DNA from: Amphiscolops sp. MND2022
Taxonomy: Eukaryota
Direction: 5' to 3'
Length of the DNA stretch: 64,000 bases
NCBI GenBank assembly: GCA_964187785.1
Contig: OZ076413.1
Span: 50,718,001 to 50,782,000 of the forward strand
Positions 1 to 12,459 of this stretch are shown one piece after another. The notes beneath the pieces were generated by a model that saw only the letters and a program-made list of their open reading frames with translations, had not been told where the DNA came from and did not search any database. The translations under genes and the position numbers were made by a program. Positions within the stretch are counted from its first letter, which is position 1. Every line of letters begins with the position of its first letter.

Positions 1-178
1 ATGTTTCAGTTTAAGAACTCAAGTGTACTAACCTAAGAGCTAAATGGTCTTCCTTTTAATTTTTTTACATCACCTCATTTTTACATCACCAGAAAAACAA
101 AATTGTGCAGTGTCACCTTTGAGTTTTTTTGGGATTTTCTGAAAGTTTAAAATTTCACCTGCGGGTCCCCTGGATTTT

Positions 179-640
179 AAGAGTCGGAAAATTTTTTGAC
201 TGCTTATGCAATCGTACATTTTTTCTCCCATGACATTCAATGAAAATTTCCAATTTCTCAAAAACTGTCAAACGATTCTTATAAAATTTAGCACAGTCAC
301 TTTACGCGCAAATGTGCTTCTGCGTGCGCAATGACATCAAAATCGTATGACTGGGATTCGTATCTGAGAAAAATAGCCAAAATTAGTCGAAAAATTACCA
401 AAAAGAGCTATTTTTGGACGTACTTCGATTTTCTCAAATACTGTTCATACGATTCAAACGAAATTTTCTACAGTCATTCTACAGCATATTAGAGTCCTAC
501 GTGTGCAATGGCATCAAAATCGTATGGCTGGGATGTGAGAACCAAAGCCAAAATATGTCCAAAAATTACCAAATGACAAAAATTTGTTATTCCATATTCT
601 AATCCGTTTCCAACTCCGACCGCGCATGTGGCTCTGGTTT
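179..640 (+). mobile_element. Degenerate Helentron/DINE-like non-autonomous element with about two diverged copies of the ~172-bp unit
   Basis: It has the same 5' motif (gagtcggaaaattttttgact..tatgcaatcg), internal unit (aaaatcgtatg.ctgggat) and 3' hairpin remnant (ccgcgcatgtgg) as the copy at 963-1782. Confidence 0.6.
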
Positions 641-962
641 AAATTTCCAGTCAGAAAAAAAACATTTTAAGCTCAAAAGGGTGTTTTTTGACGATGTGAG
701 ATTTTTCACAACTTTCATAAAAACTAGAATGAAAAGGCCTTTGATCAGTTTTCGAAAAAGTCACTGTCGATAAAAATATCATATACCGCTTTGTAATCCG
801 ATTAAATATGTTTTGAAAAATGGGTCTATTTTGAATCATTTTGGCATTCTGCAGTTTTGTTTGAAAAGTTATAGTTTGAAGAAAACTATAGAAGTAGCGT
901 TTTAGTTCATAAAGCGACGACTGAAAAATTGAATAAATAGTTCACGTTCAAGAAGTGTTTAA

Positions 963-1782
963 TTTTATTAGGAGTCGGAAAAAATTTTCGACTACTTATG
1001 CAATCGTGTTGTTTTTTTTTTCTCCCGACCTTTTCATGAAAATTTCAAATTTCTCAAAAACTGTCCATACGATTTTCACGAAATTTTGCACAGTCATTCT
1101 ACACCCAAAGGGGCCCCTGCGTGTGCAAAGGCATCAAAATCGTATGGCTGGGATGTGAGAAACATAGCCAAAATTAGCCCAAAAATGGCCAAAAAACAGC
1201 CATTTTTCGACTTTTTTCGATTTTCTCAAAAACTGTCCATACGATTCGAACGAAATTTTCTACAGTTATTCTACACCATATTAGAGTCCTATATGTGCAA
1301 TGGCATCAAAATCGTATGGCTGGGATGTGAGAAACATAGCCAAAATTAGCCCAAAATGGCCAAAAAACAGCCATTTTTCGACTTTTTTCGATTTTCTCAA
1401 AAACTGTCCATACGATTCGAACGAAATTTTCTACAGATATTCTACACCATATTAGAGTCCTATATGTGCAATGGCATCAAAATCGTATGGCTGGGATGTG
1501 AGAAACATAGCCAAAATTAGCCCAAAAATGGCCAAAAAACAGCCATTTTTCGACTTTTTTCGATTTTCTCAAAAACTGTCCATACGATTCGAACGAAATT
1601 TTCTACAGATATTCTACACCATATTAGAGTCCTATATGTGCAATGGCATCAAAATCGTATGGCTGGGATGTGAGAAACATAGCCAAAATTAGCCCAAAAA
1701 TGGTCAAAAAAGGGCCATTTTTCGACTTCAGAAAAAAAAAGACCTAAGCCGACTCCTTTACCGCACATGCGGCTCTGGGTTG
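963..1782 (+). mobile_element. Helentron/DINE-1-like non-autonomous element with a central ~172-bp tandem array
   Basis: Subterminal inverted repeats aggagtcgg (970-978) and ccgactcct (1749-1757), a 3' hairpin ccgcacatgcgg (1761-1772), T-rich flanks, and the unit marker cgtatggctgggatg at 1141, 1313, 1484 and 1656. Confidence 0.7.
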
Positions 1783-1849
1783 ATATCTTCCATTCAAATT
1801 TTCTAAAAATACAAATGTAAATGCAAATACAAATAATATACAAACCAAC

Positions 1850-3327
1850 CTGATTGTGAAGTTCAAAGAAAAGTCTTGTTCCACGTTTCCATCATAGGCT
1901 AATAAATATTCCAGGTTTTTAGCCAGACTGGGTTGAATCTCAGCCAGATCTTCCAAATTGGGATCAATCAGTCCTAGAAATGCGTCATCAGCACAAGCGG
2001 ATTTCACCGGGGGGCTCAGTAATTTCTTGTAATAAAAACTGGGCAATCTGAGATTCAGAATAGTCGAATTATAAATAGCTAAACCCAGCAATGCTCCGGC
2101 TAGGAAGCAGTTGGACTTGTGCTCGTTTTTGGATCCCCCTTTTAACCAATAGAAACCGCTCTCTTTTTCATATGTGAATATATTGCATTGTTTGTCAACA
2201 ATATGCTTAGTAATTAGCATGAACCATTCTTTGGTCAAACCACCGAGATCTATTCCTTCTTCGCCTTCAAAGACAATCTTCAACTTCTTTTTCAGGTCAA
2301 ACTTTTTGGCCAATATTTCTTCCAGTGAATCTGCTAAAAGATGTGATCGTCTTATCTTTAATTGAACGACAATCATTTCCATAGATACCGGTTTGCGTTT
2401 CTTGAGACCCAGTTGTAATTCTTTTTGTGCATTTTCTGTCATTTCTTGTTCTGAAATTGTTTGCAAAAGTTCCCTTTTTGCTTTCAAGGGAATCATAAAG
2501 CTATGATCACTCAAGTAAAACTGATTCGCTGAACTTGGGTTTGCAGTCTTTCCAGAACCTGGAACGGTTTTCACAGAACTCCACAGTTCAAAATCATTCA
2601 GCAGAACTTTGCCGTCTATAGAATTGCAATCGAAGGTCCGCCCGTCTAGTTCCACTTTTTTGTTCTTCTCCAAGTTTTTGTAGCCGAAATAAAATGTCTG
2701 CATAATTTTGCAAATCGTCGGAAGCCATAACCTGTAATTCTTAATCGCCCTCGCATCGTCAGTTTTCTGTGCGGTTTCGACATTCAAGATTGCATTGATA
2801 TGGTGTTTTAATTGAGAAATAACAAATTTGAAAGTATCGGCCTTCGCGTTTCGACAGATAACTTGCTGAAGATTTAGATTCCATTTTGGCCCCAAATTCT
2901 TGACAAAGTTAATAAGCGAATAAAAAATTTGTTCACTGCTTGATTCGATGAAAACAGGGAAGTGTAAAATGATAAATAAAAAATGAACAAGTGTTTTTTC
3001 TGAGCTCTCTGCGTTGAAATTCTTGGGGTCGCTGCTCGCATGTTTGACATCGTTCACATTATGATCATCATGCGGGTGTGACGTCATCGAATGTTCTAGA
3101 ATCACTGATGCGATCCCTTTTAGAACGATTTTATTGACGAGGGTGTCGTTTTTGGTTGTCACCACAATTTCACAGCTTGTGTAAAGTTTGGACATATTCA
3201 AGTCTCCATTTGCACCGGGAGCTCTACTGGTGCCTGAAACACTTTTTTTCACTGAAGAAAGTGGCTCTGATTCCGCTGTGATTTTCACAGATGTCTTTAG
3301 ATTTATCTGGCAAACTGGCAAATTTCT
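1850..3327 (-). CDS. HECTD2: Large internal exon of a HECT E3 ubiquitin ligase (HECTD2-like); the gene continues beyond this exon
   Basis: HECT motifs LKIRRSHLLADSL, LKKKLKIVFEGEEGIDLGGLTKEWF, LLGLAIYNS and YKKLLSPP. A donor AG|GTTGGT lies near 1850. The catalytic C-lobe is absent, so further exons must exist. Boundaries are approximate. Confidence 0.8.
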
Positions 3328-3553
3328 CTTTTGAATGTCGAGTTTTAAAAATCCCGTTGATGAACTTCAAGATTTTTCAACTAAGACTTAAGTTAAGTCT
3401 TGGTTGAAAAAGCTTGAACTTTCAACATAGAATTGCAGGTTGCCAAGTTTTCTGATATGATTTGATAAAAATTCTAAAAAAAGAACTCATGAGATAAAAC
3501 GTCTTCAATTTTTATATTTTGACTTTTGCTCCTTGCTGATATTATATACTAAC

Positions 3554-3902
3554 CCGCCTTTTCTTTGTTTGCGTCATTTTGGAAAGACGTGATAACATTG
3601 TCAACACTAGAAAAACACTCCTGGAACCATTTCTCTAGCAGTTTGTAATTTCCCCTTTTGCTACATTTGCGGAAAAGTTTTCCAATGTCCAATGAAAGCA
3701 AATTTTTTGAAGATTCTGGTTCTTCTTTGCCTCCTGAAGAATCAGCTTTTGTTTGTTTGCACTCAGAATCAATCGGTTCTTCCATCAATTGGAGGAAAAA
3801 AATCTTTTTCGTTAATTTACTGTCTTCATCGAAGGAAAATGTTGGAAAAATCGATATCTGTGATTTTGTTGTTGCATTTTTCAGATTCTCAATAAAACTG
3901 AC
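3554..3902 (-). CDS. Probable upstream exon of the HECTD2-like gene
   Basis: Open frame (VSFIENLKNATT...LEKWFQECFSSVDNVITSF) on the same strand, ending at a G|GTTAGT donor. I could not resolve how it joins the next exon. Confidence 0.5.
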
Positions 3903-4244
3903 ACAAGAAAGGAATCGTTAGTAAGATTCGGCTGTTTTTGTTGTCCTTATAATTCATCCAGGAGAAGAAACAAACAGACATCGCAGTTTCAATCTTGATT
4001 ACGCATATCCAAGATTGACTTTATGTGATTACAGTGAACGCATCCTGAACGAAGATCAATAAATTTTGTTCTAAAACACCTGGTCTTTGTTCTTGCTTGT
4101 AAACCGTTACTCTTGAGGAAAAATGGAGAAAAGACAGACCGACATTTTGTGGAGCTCAACAGTTTTTTGTTCAGGTTTCTTGTGCTTTGACGTCATCGCT
4201 GGCGTACTTCAGCTTTGAAAAAATGAATGTCTCTTGTGAAATAT

Positions 4245-4722
4245 GGTATGCGGAAAACTCGTCGAAAACAACTCGCCGAATGCAACTCGTCGAAAACAAC
4301 TCGTCGAAAGTAGAGGGCGGAAACTGGTCGAAAATTAATTCGTCGAACAAAAATTGAGTGTAAACTCGTCGAATAATTACAGATTGCCCACAGGGATTAT
4401 CAAGTGCTAATTATGGATCAATTTTCAATAATAAATTATTTCACGCATAAAATAGCTTTTGTAGTTATATAATTGCTTGAAATGTTTCACTTTCATAGTT
4501 TACAGTGCAGTACTTCGTAATAATTTAGAACTTCATAACACGGTAAGATTACAAAGTTAGCACTATATTTGCCTCAGATTATTTTCTGTTCTTGCGACGA
4601 GTTTACCGCCGGAGAATTTTCGGCGAGTTGCTTTCCGACAAGTTTTCCGCCTAGTATTTCCGACCAGTTGTTTTCGGCGAGTTGTTTTCGACGAATTCTT
4701 TTCGACGAGTTTTCCTAGATTC
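4245..4722. mobile_element. Foldback/MULE-type MITE with modular terminal inverted repeats
   Basis: The left arm is an array of aactcgtcgaa and the right arm is the inverted array ttcgacgagtt. A 9-bp direct repeat gtgaaatat flanks it at 4236-4244 and 4723-4731. Confidence 0.8.
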
Positions 4723-6268
4723 GTGAAATATTGCGCATAATGTACAAGTAATAACTGAGTGCAGTTAGTGTTCATATCAACTAATACAAAAAATTATATT
4801 GCATTGTATTGATCTATCTGTATAGCTAACATTAGTCGAACACGCAGGAACGTTTTCCATACTGCATTCATCTTTGCCGGCTAATTTCATTCATGGAAAT
4901 CACATATCGATGAATCTTGGAAAACTTCCAAGCAGATTATGAAATTTTTGAAAATAAACACCAATCTTGAGGCTCAAGAGTAGCCAATGCACTATGAAAA
5001 TTCAAAGAAATTTGGCAAAAAATTTTAACAGTTTTTGTTTCACCCTTATTCTATTTTGAAAGAAACTTAGGAATACGCTAAGTACCTACTTGTTTTGTTG
5101 TTGAACATTGAACAAGGAGGGTCTGACCACCCTAAAACAAAGCTATGGATAAGCCTCGAAATCCAATTTTGCTGTGTTGTGAGTCGAATCTTAATTCGCG
5201 CTAATATAGGCCTGACGCCCTAACTATTACAGAACAGTCCTCAGGAAACAGAAAATTTTGTAGCTCACGGAGCTGGAGTATTGAAGCCTACGAGTGGCTG
5301 AATCGTGGATCTCAATCTTGTTATACTTGATTGATGAATATTAAGAGTCGATTTTAGTATCACTATTAAAAGTAATTAGATTGTTAAATTTCTTTCATCT
5401 TGATCAATCGAGTAGAGCCAAAGAGCACATTGCAAAGAAAACTAGCCAAGCTAATCAGTTTAGCAAAGCCTTATTCACCAAATAAAAACTTTCTTATAGG
5501 AATAGATTCTTGGGAACTTCCCTCCGCCCTCGAAATCTAATTTTTTTTACAAATAACATCGACATTGATTTCATCCTCAAATGAAGAAATGAGTACAGCG
5601 GAATTTTTTGCCATCAAAAACAAATTACGAAACACAAAAGGCATATATGAAAACAAAAGTTTGTCTCTCTTATCAATAATCTATTGGACTAACTTGGAGT
5701 GAGTTGTTATTTGTGTCGATATGTGTTGAAGTTTGCACAAAATTGCTTTTCAGAAAACTTGCTTTTATAAATAACTGAGCAACTGTTGGCTAAAAACCTA
5801 TTTTATAAATAACTGAGCAACTGTTGGCTAACTTCAGTCCCGTTTCACTAACACAGTAGGCAACCCTTGAAAACACATACAGAACTTTCTTCAATGAAGA
5901 TTCAGCTATGAGTACGGGCATTTGAAACGCCAAGTGAAGACAGGCCCGCACCGCCCTGTTGGCACTCTTACTTCAAGAAATGGCGCCAACTCCCAGATTA
6001 ACTAGTATGCATTTGAAAGCTTAGCTAAAGGGCTTTCAGGAACAGAAAACCGATTCGAGCTGCGGCTATTGTTCGTAGAGGAATGAAGGTTTTAATAAAA
6101 TTTGACAAAATTTTTCAGGTTTTCAACTTCTGGGTGTACTGTCGAGGAGAAGACTAGAAGAATAAGTTATTTTCTGTAAATTTAGCCTTGTAGTAAATTG
6201 AGTTTGTGGGAAAATATTGACTTTTGTAAGCAATAAACTCACCATTGTTGCTAATGATATTTATGATA

Positions 6269-6452
6269 CAGTCGAAGTCGGATAAAAGAAACTCATAGGG
6301 CGGTAAGAAAAGTGTTTCTTTTACCCATAGTTTCTTTTATCAGTTGTCCTATTAACGTAGAAAGTTTGTCTTGCATGAGAGCGGAGGAGTGAAAACGTTT
6401 CTTATATCCGAATGTTTCTTTTATCCGTGTTTCTTTTATCCGAGTTCCACTG
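6269..6452. mobile_element. Tc1/mariner (pogo/Tigger-like) MITE
   Basis: TIRs cagtcgaagtcggataaaagaaac and gtttcttttatccgagttccactg, with TA on both sides. Confidence 0.8.
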
Positions 6453-7874
6453 TATTCTCAAAATAGTATAGATTCCAGCTACCGATTGAATCCTTCTTCT
6501 TTTGCTAACATCTCTTTTTATGAGTAGATTTTTAGAATACGACATTCGTCCGTCAAAAACTTCACCAGGTGTCGTTTTTAGGATCGTTGGGCCATGTTTC
6601 ATAATCCTCTCTGCTGCATTTTCTTGCTTGTAATATTGAAGAAACTTTGAATTTCAGTCACAGCGTATTACGCTAGGCATTTTCTCACTTTTCCGCTGAT
6701 AAAAGATAACAGAAATCTTTGTTTCACGCACACAACTTTATATTAGGAAGTAATATTTTCCAATTGCTTCAGCTGACTTGCGGCTATTACCGCAGAAAAT
6801 GCTATAGAGAATTTCTATAAAAACTTCCATTGAAATTTAAAAGCAAAGTTTTATGTAGTCGAATGTGTTTGCATTCCCCATCTTTTGTATGCTTAATCGT
6901 TCAAGAATTTTGCAGATATTTACAAAAGAGCTGTTATTTCAAAAAACTTTTCTAATGCGCAACCTTTCCACTGTTTTTAAATCGAAGACTATAAATTGTC
7001 AGTAATATTCTAGAAAGAACCATTTCCGCAAAGAAAGTAGGCACGCAAATGTTAGAAAAACAAGATGAAATAGGTATTGCAGCAACTATGAACAACGATT
7101 ATGTAAATTTAAACAGCATTTTCAAAATTGATTCACAGCATTTCGGTGTTGTGCTGAGTTTTGTTGGCAAATAATTTCATTATCTTCAATTTTGCACTGT
7201 CAATTCGATTACTTGACGTGAAAAAAATACTGGTTCCCATTTTCATCTTCCGGTATACAGATATTCATGTATGTATGCCAATACAGAAATTGAGTATTTT
7301 ATTTGTGCCTCCTCATCTAATACCATGTATACATTTGTGAAACAACACCTTCGTAAATGTACTGTAGCTATAGAAACTGTGAATACATAGCGGTAAAACT
7401 TGCAGTTGGTATTACATACAAAATCGGTGAACAAGGAAAATACCTTCAAGCAGTCTGAAATTTTTTTTAAAATATTCATTCGCAACAAATTGAAATGAGC
7501 AATATTTTATTCTACGATCGCATTACACTTAGCTGGAACTTTACTCTGTCGAAAAATCGAGAAATTATTCATCGAAAACTTAAAACGACGTTCACCAAGT
7601 ATTTTGCACTACAAGCGGAATTACTAAACTGTTCAATATGCAGTTAAACAACAAAACGCCTTTGAATTGAGTCTTTCGAAAGGCCTGACTTTTTGTAGAC
7701 GAACAGCTTGAAATGCCCATTGCAATAAATATTCAAAAATTCAGAGTGATTTATTGAACAACCCGTATCAAAGCCGTGAATTAGTTGCGTCAAAAAACAG
7801 TGAATATTGAGTTAAAACTTGCGTAAAAATTCTTGAAAATTGCGTTAAAAATTGCGTCAAATTTGAAAAGAATT

Positions 7875-8700
7875 TCAATTGATCAGAATATATTGCACAT
7901 TTATTGGTCGCATTTTTTTTACAACAGTGTAATACCAGTAAATGACACAATAAATATTCAAATTTTTTGTCATAAGAGAGAGTCTTTGGGGTGCTTGGAA
8001 CTCGCCCATGCTCGAAAACACCCGTTCGACCTCGGCAGATACCAAAGGGGCATTCTTGAATTTTAGAGCGTCCAATGGCTCAACCATAGCTCCGCTCCCA
8101 TCAGGCTCCACCCCGTCCAAAATTTTCTTGTACTCGATCATTTTTGCCAGACCAGGGTTCTTGGATAATACTGAATTAAGTTTTCCTGCAAATGGCTCGT
8201 GTGTAATCGAAGATTTCACATCCTCTATAATTTTCAGACTCCGTTCAATTGACAGTCTCCCTTGAATTTTTTAAATAGAAACGCTCAGAATCTTGAAATT
8301 TGACGATATGAATACCAACTGCCGCTGCAACTCTGCATTCGGAACCATTTCAAGTAGGTCTGCGAAAATGACAGCTTCCGGTTCCTCGGTAGTCATAAAA
8401 ATTAGGAGCTGCTCAAAGTGTCCTAAATTCTCGGTAAAGTAGAAAACAGCGTATAACCATGTATTCCACCTTGTGAGTGTAGGACTTGGAGGTAATGTCA
8501 ATGACGTGACTTCCTTGTATAATCTTTGGCGTCGAGGGGAATGCGTGAATATTTTCTTGGATTTCATGATGAAGGAATCGACATTCTGCCAACTAGTACA
8601 GCAACTAGAGAGCGCCCGTTCTTATCAGTAGTTTCATCAATCATAACATACACGTTTTTTTTCGCGCAGGGCCGCCTGGATATCTCGAAATACATCCTTA
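7875..8700 (-). pseudogene. Fragmented hAT-superfamily (CGGBP-like) transposase
   Basis: Motifs IDETTD, PTLTRWNTW and APLVSAEVERVFS are spread over three frameshifted ORFs. Confidence 0.7.
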
Positions 8701-8799
8701 TGAATGTTTTCCCCGTACCCTTTTTGAATCGTTGTGCGGTGGGGAGTTGCCTGTTTAGTCCATTTCTCCAGAAAATTAAAAATTTTGAAAATTTATTGC

Positions 8800-9076
8800 A
8801 ATTTAAGATTTTATAAGGGTTTTTAAGAGGCAACAGGAATTCGCGGGAAAAATCAAGAAGTTTTAAGATATTTCATGCTGGGATGGGATTTACATGTTCA
8901 TGATCATGCAAGGAAATGCATAGGAGGTCAATACGGGTCCCGTATTGACCTCCTATGCATTTCCTTGCATGATCATGATCACGTAAATCCCATCCCAGTA
9001 TGAAATATCTGAAAACTTCTTGATTTTTCCCGCGACTTCCTGTTGCCTCTTAAAAACCCTTATAAAATCTTAAATT
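8800..9076. repeat. Near-perfect 277-bp palindrome (138-bp arms, 1-nt centre)
   Basis: The centre ...caatacggg-t-cccgtattg... is at 8938 and the arms pair with only a few mismatches. Confidence 0.95.
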
Positions 9077-9804
9077 ATCTTAGAAATACCGTTAGAAAAT
9101 CTTGAAATTCTTAACAAGAGAATTCCTATGAAGAATTTCAAGAGATTTAAATGTGGAAATCACAGTTCGGGTGTGAAATTCACACGTGTCACATGTTTCG
9201 TAGTACATTAGAACTGCAGACATATTTTTCACTGACAGGGTTACCTTAATGACCCAGGTAGCATTAAGTACGCTTTTCGGCAACGCGTTTCATTGAAACC
9301 GCTGAATAGGTAGGATTTCTTTAATTTTTTGTTAGATTGTCAAGATTTCTAGATGAAAATGGCCCAGATATGGAAGACCACTGTTCGCAGATTTAAAACC
9401 ATTGTATTCTGCTGGAATAAAATCTAAAATCACTTGATTTTGTGGAGTGAGGCCCAAAATCACCGTGTTTTAGTGAATCAAAGTCTAAAATTAACTCTCT
9501 GATAGAATAAGATCCAAAAACAAACTTTGGTGAAATAAGCTCTAAAATCAGAGTATTTCGATGGAGGGGGAACAACATCTGAAAAACTAGATCTAAAGAA
9601 TCTGAAATTTTGACTTGCTCAAATTCGAAAAGGGCAATAAGATATAAAATATTATTCTTTTAAAATCCTATTCTTCAGAGGAAGGGAATAGGATCGTAGG
9701 ATCTAAAACTTATCGATTTTAGACCTTATTCTGTTTAGATCTGTTTCCATTTTAGATCTTATTCCCTTTTTTGACTTCGGATCCTATTCTTTAAAATTTT
9801 ACAC

Positions 9805-10835
9805 TGAGGCGAAGCCGTGCTTCGCAAACACTTGCGAAGAAAGTTGCGAACTTTTAAAAAAAAACCCAAATAAGCAATATCATACGGAGAGCCAAGGGTA
9901 AAAGGACATTATTGTTAAAATTTCATCAATTTTACAGCGCCAAAAATCCCAAAGGGATACCCATAAATCTCGAAAACAATTCTTCTCCAACTGGAAACAA
10001 CAGAAAACCCATCTTTCTCAACCGTAAACCTTTAAAAAAACAGAAAATTGAGAAATTTTTTTTTGAAATTTTTTTGATGAAGGTCTCCGGCAAGTCGCAT
10101 AGTGCCGAAAACCTTGAGCAGTGCTTTATGCTCGCAAAACGTTTCGTTTCTAGTAAAAATTGAGGAGGCTTCGATGAAAACAAATTAGAAAAAAAGTCAT
10201 ATAGAAAAAACAGCGGTCTTTAAAAAAAACAAAAACCGGATATAGCGTGCTGGGCCTGAGAAAACCTAAATTTAAGACAAAAATTATTCGATTTGAAAAA
10301 TCTCACAATGCTGAAAACTGTAAAAGGAAGCACTTTGAGATTTTTTTAACATTCATTCCGTTGCAAAATTTCAAAAAATTGAAGCGAGATTTGATAAATT
10401 TTGCAAAAAATAACAAAAAATGAGAATTTTCAACAGTCTCATAGTGCCGAAAAATCTGAAAGAAGGGACCCTTTGGGATTTTTAAACATTCGTTCTGTTG
10501 CAAAATACCAAAAAAAATGAAGGGAGGAATCTTTGGTGACATGAAAAAAAAATTGCGAAAAAAGTCACAAGGCCGAAATAACATGCACAAGAAATTTTGG
10601 TCAAGGGCGAGACTCGAACCCACGTCCTTCTGCTTGGCAGACCTCAAATAATCCTATTTAACCTCTAGCCAAGTGCCAGAAGTTGCGACAAGTGCTGGAA
10701 GTTGGCCAACTGCCAGAAGTTGCCACGGCCACAAATTCAGACTATGTGACTTGTGGTCTGAAACGAGAGAGTTGTCGCGCGGAAAAAAAAGCACCCGCAC
10801 TTTCCCATAACACTTGCTTATCGCAAGTGTAATAA
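9805..10835 (-). mobile_element. Second Helentron/DINE-like family member, containing a tRNA-derived segment
   Basis: SubTIRs acacttgcga (9828-9837) and tcgcaagtgt (10821-10830), a local inverted partner at 10810-10817, a terminal hairpin gcgaagc-cgt-gcttcgc (9809-9825), and internal repeats of catagtgccgaaaa. Confidence 0.65.
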
Positions 10836-11986
10836 TGAAAATCGTCCCGGAAATTGAATAGTGGATGACAAGTACCCCTCTTTAAAGTTTACCTCGTTTC
10901 ATATTTTCAAAGAATATTGTTGGTCTTTTTTCAATATAAACCCTCGTGGTCTTGATTTTTTTTGATGTGCAATTCCTTGCGGTAGTATTAGTTTTTGGCA
11001 CTTTTTCCAGCTGACTTGCTTCTATTTTCATTTTGAAGTCTTTCTTGGTTTTGAGCTTTAGAATTCTTGAGCTTTTTTAGATGTCTACTCTCGTGGGACC
11101 CTTTGGAGGCCATGTTCTCGTCGGGGGTCCTGTCATGTGATATCAAAATAATTTTCCCAGCTGAAAGCCTCCAAACTCAAGCTAAGGTGTGGTTCGAGAT
11201 AGCTGCAATTTTTTTGTTACGGTTGGAAACCATATCCAACAACTGTCTGATCGACCTTTCGATTTTTATAAATCTCATTTCCAGTGATTTCAGAATTCCT
11301 TCCCGAACTGTCCGGGTTTTTTCATGGAATCGCTTTTTCAAAAAGAGTTTCGAAATTCATAAAAAGCAAAGACTTGTCAAATTTTTGCGTTCCACGTAGT
11401 AGCAAACCATTCGGAAAATTTCTCTAGAAAATTCCTTTAAAGCAAAATTCTCAACGTAAATTTTGGATTTCAGTTCAATTGCAGTGTCATCACAGAAAAA
11501 TAATACATTTCGTTTGTTCACAAGGGAATGTTTGATATTGACATTTTTTCTGTTTGATTTTCATCCATTCTTCAAGGGTTTTTTGTCCACTTTTCGGGGA
11601 TTAATTGCAGAAAAAAAATCAAGTTTGATGGAGTGTGCATGGAATTAACATGAAGCCATGATCCATGATAGACCATGTTTATTCTTTTCATGGAGTCATT
11701 GTGATCACAAGGATTTGCACTCTTGCCAAAACATCAACTGTAGATCAAGATCTAGAGCTTTTTGCACTGGAATAAGGCCTAAAATCACTATCCAGTGAAA
11801 TAAGGCCTAAAATCACTGTATTCGGGTTTGTCAACACGGAAATGTCTTAATATAATCATTGTTTTTGATGGACCGTTCAAAATCATTGATGATGAGTCTG
11901 GGGAACTTGTAATTACACAGAGACCTTTGATTTCACGTATTGAATGGTTTCCGTCACTTTTTCTACGACAGTCCTGAACATCAAAA

Positions 11987-12157
11987 ATGAAGCGATATGT
12001 ACTTGCTTTCATTTGCGTACTCTCTATTACAATTTACGTCATCGTACTACTTGGGCCAACAGGCCATGTGTCCGACAAGTTACCTGTAGCTCGCCAACAA
12101 TTTCGAGAAGACTACAAAAACAATGAAAATCCTTCGGTGCAATCTCGGAAAATAAAG
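11987..12157 (+). CDS. Exon 1 of a sulfotransferase-like gene (type II membrane anchor and stem)
   Basis: MKRYVLAFICVLSITIYVIVLLG looks like a signal anchor. It ends at a phase-0 donor AAG|GTGACG that is in frame with the acceptor at 36023. Confidence 0.65.
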
Positions 12158-12459
12158 GTGACGTATTGAGTGAAACGTGCCTACTAAGAACACTTCTCAG
12201 AATAAATCGCGCTGCATATTGTCACCAACCACACTAATTCTTCCACGAAAACAATACCAGCCAAAATTGGATTCTGTTGATTTAAGTTACAGAACTTTTT
12301 TCCTAAAAACATTTCAGTTGGGAAATTTCAAGGGATTTAAAACAAGCTGTTTGCCAGCATAATGTGAATTTTTTGATTTGGTATGAAATTATGTAATTTT
12401 ATGGTTTGGTGTAACATCTACTTCTTTAAAGGATTTTTATTTTCTAGTTATTTTAGTGT

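Noticed and set aside
414..1692. Repeated short ORFs (MASKSYGWDV...)
   Set aside because: These are by-products of the 172-bp tandem repeat, whose unit length is not consistently a multiple of three.
1141..1740. CRISPR-like regular repeats (also 41985-42290 and 4245-4722)
   Set aside because: There are no unique spacers and no cas genes, and the context is eukaryotic; these are tandem repeats.
1744..1849. C-terminal 35 aa of the 525-aa ORF
   Set aside because: This is read-through past the splice donor into intron and DINE-like sequence, not part of the HECT domain.
5763..5831. 31-bp direct repeat (similar small duplications at ~11770-11818 and 63071/63250)
   Set aside because: Ordinary local slippage duplications with no further structure.
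10900..11420. Coding-like minus-strand stretch upstream of the sulfotransferase exon 1
   Set aside because: It is interrupted by stops, and I could not build a consistent exon model or recognise a domain.
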